A DNA stretch of 64,000 nucleotides, from assembly GCF_003790525.1 (NCBI RefSeq), contig NZ_CP033635.1. One strand, 5' to 3'. Below the pieces are notes generated by a model, which saw nothing but the letters and a program-made list of their open reading frames with translations, made no database searches and had not been told where the DNA came from. Source of the stretch: Escherichia coli. Lineage in GTDB: Bacteria; Pseudomonadota; Gammaproteobacteria; Enterobacterales; Enterobacteriaceae. Position 1 is the stretch's first letter; each line of letters opens with the position of its first letter. Position numbers and translations under genes: made by a program. This document shows positions 58,622 through 64,000 of the stretch, piece after piece.

Positions 58622-58639
58622 ATCAGAAAGGGGATTCTG

Positions 58640-59284
58640 ATGAGCAGCATTATCACCATCACAGTGTATACGCTGGATGAACTTTCCTGCCCGGTACGGG
58701 GAAAAGCCCGCGACGGGTACCGTCAGCATCATGCTGACAGCAACTGGTATGAAAACGTGTATGAGGACTTCAGGGCGGTCTGTGACATTTTCGGAATTGA
58801 CCTCCGCCAGCGCGTTTTCCGGCTCAGCAACGGCAGGTTTATGGAAGAGCCGTGCATCTGGTTCAGCGGATGCTGCAGCCAGGGGGACGGAGCCTGTTTT
58901 GAAGGACGCTGGCACTGGCAGCCGGCGACAGCCCGGATAATCCGGAAGTATGCCCCACAGGAGCATGAACTCCATCGTATCGCGGATGCCCTGCAGGCGG
59001 TGCAGAAGCGTAACTTCTGGCAACTGCAGGCTGAAATCCACCGCCGGGGACGCTACTGCCATCCGTACAGCATGGATATCACTGTTACCCGGAACAGTCC
59101 GACTGGTCAGACTATGACAACAGATGCGGAAGCCGCTGTCAGCGAAGCCCTGCGCGACCTGGCCTTATGGCTGTACCGTCAACTGGAAAACGAGCACAAC
59201 AGGCTGACCTCAGATGCCCCTGTGGATGAGGCCCTTCTCATCAACGAATACACCTTCACCGAAGCCGGTCTGCGCACCGGCTGA
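58640..59284 (+). CDS. Hypothetical protein (214 aa) inserted between the DUF987-like gene and the antitoxin
   Basis: Cys-rich segment ...CIWFSGCCSQGDGACFEG...; family not recognised. Confidence 0.45.
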   Translation: MSSIITITVYTLDELSCPVRGKARDGYRQHHADSNWYENVYEDFRAVCDIFGIDLRQRVFRLSNGRFMEEPCIWFSGCCSQGDGACFEGRWHWQPATARIIRKYAPQEHELHRIADALQAVQKRNFWQLQAEIHRRGRYCHPYSMDITVTRNSPTGQTMTTDAEAAVSEALRDLALWLYRQLENEHNRLTSDAPVDEALLINEYTFTEAGLRTG

Positions 59285-59333
59285 CCTGTCAAAGTTAAAC
59301 TATCATTCAACGATTTTCTGTGAGGATTTTATC

Positions 59334-59702
59334 GTGTCAGACACACTCCCCGGGACAACGCATCACGACGACAATCACGACCGCCTCTGGTGGGGACTGC
59401 CCTGCACCGTGACGCCCTGTTTCGGGGCACGTCTGGTGCAGGAGGGTAACCGGTTGCATTACCTTGCCGACCGTGCCGGTATCAGAGGCCGGTTCAGAGA
59501 TGCGGATGCGTACCATCCGGACCAGGCCTTTCCGCTGCCGATGAAACAACTGGAGCTCATGCTCACCAGCGGTGAACTGAATCCCCGCCATCAGCATACC
59601 GTGACACTGTATGCGAAGGGGCTGACCTGTGAAGCCGACACCCTCGGCTCCTGTGGTTACGTTTATCTGGCTGTTTATCCGACGCCCGAAACGAAAAAGT
59701 AA
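59334..59702 (+). CDS. Type IV antitoxin, CbeA/YeeU/YfjZ family
   Basis: GTG start after GAGGA; [54 protein letters not shown]... Confidence 0.75.
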   Translation: MSDTLPGTTHHDDNHDRLWWGLPCTVTPCFGARLVQEGNRLHYLADRAGIRGRFRDADAYHPDQAFPLPMKQLELMLTSGELNPRHQHTVTLYAKGLTCEADTLGSCGYVYLAVYPTPETKK

Positions 59703-59791
59703 ATCATCAGAATAATCTTCTGCTCCGGCCTGGTGTTTTCACCACGCCACTGTCCCATTTTTTATCTCTGCATATCAGGAAAATCTTCATT

Positions 59792-60166
59792 ATGAAAACA
59801 TTACCCGACACGCATGTACGGGAGGCATCGTGTTGCCCGTCTCCCGTCACCATCTGGCAGACACTGCTCACCCGGTTACTGGACCAGCATTACAGCCTTA
59901 CGCTGAATGACACACCGTTCGCGGATGAACGCGTGATTGAGCTGCATATTGAGGCAGGCATTTCACTGTGTGATGCGGTGAACTTTCTCGTGGAAAAATA
60001 CGCGCTGGTGCGTACCGACCAGCCGGGATTCAGCGCCTGTACCCGCTCTCAGTTAATAAACAGCATCGATATCCTCCGGGCTCGCAGGGCGACCGGCCTG
60101 ATGACCCGCGACAATTACAGAACGGTAAATAACATTACCCTGGGTAAGTATCCGGAGGCGAAATGA
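59792..60166 (+). CDS. Type IV toxin, CbtA/YeeV/YpjF family
   Basis: 124 aa, [43 protein letters not shown]... Confidence 0.75.
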   Translation: MKTLPDTHVREASCCPSPVTIWQTLLTRLLDQHYSLTLNDTPFADERVIELHIEAGISLCDAVNFLVEKYALVRTDQPGFSACTRSQLINSIDILRARRATGLMTRDNYRTVNNITLGKYPEAK

Positions 60167-60588
60167 TGAAACTGGCCCTGACATTGGAAGCAGACAGCGT
60201 TAACGTACAGGCACTGAATATAGGGCGAATTGTCGTTGACATTGATGGTGTTGAGCTCACTGAACTGATTAACAAGGTCGCTGAATACGGTTATTCACTC
60301 CGCGTGGTGGATGAACGTGACGCTACCGAAACACCGGCGACTTCTGCCAGCTCTCATCAGTTGCCGGAAGACAATACAGTGATACAGAGCGTGATGCCAT
60401 TAACCACTGAAACAGCGCTGGATATCCTCATTGCGTGGCTGCAGGACAATATCGACTGCGGGTCCGGAATTATTTTCGACAACGATGAGGATAAAACGGA
60501 TTCGGCAGCATTGTTGCCCTGTATCGAACAGGCCAGGGAGGATATCCGTACCCTGCACCAACTGCAACTTCTGCACCAGAACCGGTGA
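60163..60588 (+). CDS. Hypothetical protein (YeeW-like position)
   Basis: 141 aa acidic protein, start overlaps toxin gene stop. Confidence 0.4.
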   Translation: MMKLALTLEADSVNVQALNIGRIVVDIDGVELTELINKVAEYGYSLRVVDERDATETPATSASSHQLPEDNTVIQSVMPLTTETALDILIAWLQDNIDCGSGIIFDNDEDKTDSAALLPCIEQAREDIRTLHQLQLLHQNR

Positions 60589-60672
60589 ATCTCACTCACC
60601 AGACTTCATTCTCCTGACGCCAGCCTGAACAGAGCTGGCGTTTTCATTTATCTGCAAAAAGGAAAAACGATT

Positions 60673-61458
60673 ATGTCAGATACCACACTCTCCCGCCCGG
60701 AGGTGGTCAGCGGGCATACGGACGTTATCTGTTCCACCTCAGTCTGCCACATTCTGGCTGTACGAAAGAGTACACTGTTGCCAATCGACACACTTATCCG
60801 GCAACTGGCTAAAATCTCAATTCTGACGGAAAGTATTGGAGGTAAAACCGCCCCGGACTGGGCCATGAAACAGGATTTTCGCTGTGGCTGCTGGCTGAAG
60901 GAGAAACAGGAAACCGCAATGAAAGCCATTACCCGCAACCTTGACCGTGAAATCTGGCGTGACCTGATGCAACGTTCAGGGATGCTTTCCTTAATGGATG
61001 CACAGGCCCGTGATACATGGTACCGCTCACTGGAGTACGATAATTTTCAGGAAATCAGCGAAGCGAACATTCTGAGCACATTTGAACAAGTGCACCAGAA
61101 CAAGGATGAGGTGTTTAAGCGGGGAGTGATTAACGTCTTCAGGGAACTGAGCTGGAATTATAAAACCAACTCTCCCTGTAAATTTGGAAGTAAAATCATT
61201 ATCAACAATCTGGTGAGATGGGACCGGTGGGGATTTCATCTTATCACCGGACAACAGACTGACCGACTCGCCGACCTGGAAAGAATGCTACATCTGTTCA
61301 GCGGCACCCCCATCCCCGGCAACGGGAAAAACATAACCATTCATCAGGATGGCACATCCAGTCTGTTCAGGGTAAAGAGTGCTATGAAGATGAGATGTTC
61401 AGTATCAGATACTTTAAGAAGGGCTCCGCGCATATCACGTTTAAACATCCGGAACTAA
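60673..61458 (+). CDS. Hypothetical protein, last gene of the island module
   Basis: 261 aa ORF; family not confidently recognised. Confidence 0.4.
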   Translation: MSDTTLSRPEVVSGHTDVICSTSVCHILAVRKSTLLPIDTLIRQLAKISILTESIGGKTAPDWAMKQDFRCGCWLKEKQETAMKAITRNLDREIWRDLMQRSGMLSLMDAQARDTWYRSLEYDNFQEISEANILSTFEQVHQNKDEVFKRGVINVFRELSWNYKTNSPCKFGSKIIINNLVRWDRWGFHLITGQQTDRLADLERMLHLFSGTPIPGNGKNITIHQDGTSSLFRVKSAMKMRCSVSDTLRRAPRISRLNIRN

Positions 61459-61685
61459 TGGAAAGCTGAACTGGTAATTTCTAAGTATCTGCCCTCTAAT
61501 TCGATTTCGTAATACAGAACATCGAGTCAAACAGAATAATGGAGGAAGACAGAAAAAAGAGGAAAAATAGCACCAGAAGAATTCGAACTGCGCAAGGGGC
61601 CTTATTGGTGGCCCCTAAAAAACACAAACAAAACAACAAATGAAAAAACAATAGATTATACATCTAGTTTTATTCCTAAGGAGAG

Positions 61686-62855
61686 ATGATGCGCCATTGT
61701 GGGTGGTTGCTGGGATTGTTATCGCTGTTTTCTTTGGCAACACATGCCAGTGACTGGCAGGAAATAAAAAATGAGGCCAAAGGACAAACCGTCTGGTTTA
61801 ACGCCTGGGGCGGCGATACCGCAATTAACCGCTATCTCGACTGGGTTAGCGGCGAGATGAAAACCTATTACGCTATAAACCTGAAGATTGTTCGTCTGGC
61901 GGATGCCGCAGACGCGGTAAAGCGCATTCAGACCGAAGCTGTTGCCGGACGTAAAACGGGCGGCTCGGTGGATCTGCTCTGGGTGAACGGCGAAAACTTC
62001 CGCACCTTAAAAGAGGCCAATTTATTACAAACGGGCTGGGCGGAGACTCTGCCCAACTGGCGCTATGTCGACACACAGCTGCCGGTGCGGGAAGATTTTT
62101 CAGTGCCTACAGAAGGGGCTGAATCGCCCTGGGGGGGCGCGCAACTGACGTTTATCGCCCGCCGCGATGTTACGCCGCAGCCACCACAAACGCCGCAAGC
62201 CTTACTGGAGTTTGCTAAAGCCAATCCCGGCACGGTTACCTATCCGCGCCCACCGGACTTTACCGGCACGGCGTTTCTTGAACAGTTGCTGATTATGCTA
62301 ACGCCAGATCCCACAGCATTAAAAGAAGCGCCGGACGATGCGACTTTCGCCCGCGTCACTGCGCCCTTGTGGCAATATCTTGATGCACTGCATCCGTATT
62401 TGTGGCGCGAAGGAAAGGATTTCCCGCCTTCGCCCGCGCGGATGGATGCTCTGCTGAAAGCTAACACATTGCGCCTGTCGCTGACCTTTAACCCTGCACA
62501 TGCGCAGCAAAAAATCGCCAGCGGCGATTTGCCTGCAAGCAGTTACAGTTTTGGTTTTCGCGAGGGGATGATTGGCAACGTCCATTTCCTCACCATTCCT
62601 GCCAACGCGAATGCCAGTGCTGCGGCGAAGGTAGTTGCCAATTTCTTGCTCTCACCCGATGCGCAACTGCGTAAAGCAGATCCCGCTGTCTGGGGCGATC
62701 CTTCTGTTCTCGATCCGCAAAAACTGCCTGACGGGCAGCGCGAAACATTGCAATCGAGAATGCCGCAGGATCTGCCGCCGGTACTGGCTGAACCGCACGC
62801 AGGTTGGGTAAATGCGCTGGAACAAGAATGGCTACACCGTTACGGTACGCATTAA
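61686..62855 (+). CDS. ynjB: ABC transporter periplasmic substrate-binding protein YnjB
   Basis: 389 aa, signal peptide MMRHCGWLLGLLSLFSLATHA; sequence as I recall for E. coli YnjB. Confidence 0.85.
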   Translation: MMRHCGWLLGLLSLFSLATHASDWQEIKNEAKGQTVWFNAWGGDTAINRYLDWVSGEMKTYYAINLKIVRLADAADAVKRIQTEAVAGRKTGGSVDLLWVNGENFRTLKEANLLQTGWAETLPNWRYVDTQLPVREDFSVPTEGAESPWGGAQLTFIARRDVTPQPPQTPQALLEFAKANPGTVTYPRPPDFTGTAFLEQLLIMLTPDPTALKEAPDDATFARVTAPLWQYLDALHPYLWREGKDFPPSPARMDALLKANTLRLSLTFNPAHAQQKIASGDLPASSYSFGFREGMIGNVHFLTIPANANASAAAKVVANFLLSPDAQLRKADPAVWGDPSVLDPQKLPDGQRETLQSRMPQDLPPVLAEPHAGWVNALEQEWLHRYGTH

Positions 62856-64000
62856 TCTTTTTGCTGTGGGCGATGGTGGCGGTGATTTATGCACCGCTGA
62901 TCCCGGCAACTCTCACGCTGATATCGCCTGCTTTGTCGTTGACACACTGGCAGGCGTTATTTGCCGATCCACAGTTACCGCAGGCATTACTGGCAACGCT
63001 GGTGTCGACAACCATCGCGGCGGTCGGGGCGTTGTTGATTGCCTTGCTGGTGATTGTGGCGCTGTGGCCTGGGCCGAAATGGCAGCGTATGTGCGCCCGT
63101 CTGCCGTGGCTGCTCGCCATTCCCCATGTGGCTTTTGCCTCCAGCGCCCTTCTGCTCTTTGCTGACGGAGGGCTGCTTTATGACTATTTCCCATATTTCA
63201 CTCCGCCAATGGACAAATTGGGTATTGGGCTGGGCCTCACCCTGGCGGTGAAAGAAAGCGCATTTCTGCTGTGGATCTTAGCGGCAGTATTGAGCGAAAA
63301 ACGGCTGTTGCAGCAACTCATTGTGCTGGATTCGCTGGGCTACAGCCGCTGGCAATGCCTGAACTGGCTGTTGTTGCCCTCCGTCGCACCTGCACTGGCA
63401 ATGGCGATGCTGGCGATTGTCGCCTGGTCGCTGTCGGTCGTGGATGTGGCGATTATTCTTGGGCCAGGTAATCCCCCGACGCTGGCGGTAATTAGCTGGC
63501 AGTGGTTAACTCAGGGCGACGCCGATCAACAAACGAAAGGCGCACTCGCCAGCCTGCTGCTGCTGCTGTTACTCGCCGCCTACGTTTTGCTGGGCTATCT
63601 GCTATGGCGTAACTGGCGGCGTACTATTCCCCGCGTAGATGGCGTTCGTAAGCCTGCCACACCTTTACTACCAGGCATTACGCTGGCGATTTTTTTACCC
63701 TTGACCGGTGTGCTGTGTGTGGTTCTGCTGGCGATCCTCGCGGATCAGTCGACGATCAATAGTGAAGCGCTCATCAACAGCCTGACAATGGGGCTGGTGG
63801 CGACATTCATCGCTTTGCTCCTGTTACTGCTGTGGCTGGAATGGGGGCTACAACGCCGCCGGTTGTGGCTATGGTTGCCCATTTTATTACCCGCTCTGCC
63901 ACTGGTGGCGGGCCAGTACACGCTGGCGCTATGGCTGAACCTGGATGGAAGCTGGACGGCGGTGGTCTGGGGGCATCTGCTGTGGGTAGTGCCGTGGATG
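62828..64000 (+). CDS. ynjC: ABC transporter permease YnjC, 5' part (continues beyond window end)
   Basis: ATG at 62828 overlapping ynjB stop; hydrophobic polytopic translation with no stop before 64000; absent from ORF track because it has no stop in the window. Confidence 0.8.
   Translation, partial: MATPLRYALIFLLWAMVAVIYAPLIPATLTLISPALSLTHWQALFADPQLPQALLATLVSTTIAAVGALLIALLVIVALWPGPKWQRMCARLPWLLAIPHVAFASSALLLFADGGLLYDYFPYFTPPMDKLGIGLGLTLAVKESAFLLWILAAVLSEKRLLQQLIVLDSLGYSRWQCLNWLLLPSVAPALAMAMLAIVAWSLSVVDVAIILGPGNPPTLAVISWQWLTQGDADQQTKGALASLLLLLLLAAYVLLGYLLWRNWRRTIPRVDGVRKPATPLLPGITLAIFLPLTGVLCVVLLAILADQSTINSEALINSLTMGLVATFIALLLLLLWLEWGLQRRRLWLWLPILLPALPLVAGQYTLALWLNLDGSWTAVVWGHLLWVVPWM

Overview
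This window is an IS-saturated mosaic of horizontally acquired DNA lying between a 5'-displaced amiC-like gene (1..208, minus) and the chromosomal ynjB-ynjC transporter genes (61686 to window end). All coordinates derived by reading the sequence are approximate (about +/-2 nt); family names are from memory of protein motifs, with no database search run. Left third: a nest of insertion sequences (IS3-family remnant, IS110-family, IS21-family, two inverted IS66-family copies with one inserted inside the other, IS100 inside the outer IS66 copy, IS256-family remnant), followed by an ibrB/ibrA-like ParB-domain + PAPS-reductase-domain gene pair. Next comes a complete group II intron (recognisable domain V, RT/maturase ORF) splitting orfB of an IS3 copy. 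That IS3, together with an IS481-family element, sits inside a second, degenerate group II intron copy on the opposite strand. Middle: virulence-type cargo, namely a horizontally acquired Cu/Zn superoxide dismutase (sodC), sitABCD (Fe/Mn uptake, with an MntR-type palindrome upstream), iutA-iucDCBA (aerobactin, Fur box upstream) with divergent shiF, and a YadA-like trimeric autotransporter adhesin with tandem repeats. These are separated by IS256-, IS200-, IS110-, IS1-, ISL3- and IS481-family elements or remnants. Right third: a CP4-44/CP4-57-type integrative-island module (alpA, YeeP-like GTPase, DUF932-like, antirestriction-like, RadC-like, DUF987-like, CbeA/CbtA-type antitoxin/toxin) with a low-GC cargo block (about 51050..54430) that holds a 1.5 kb ORF-free purine-rich tract and two unrecognised convergent genes. 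No CRISPR array, rRNA or tRNA was found. The best candidates for something undescribed are the low-GC cargo block, the ibrAB-like pair (architecture reminiscent of DndB/DndC-type DNA-modification modules) and several unrecognised genes inserted into otherwise conserved island modules; none can be confirmed without searches or experiments.
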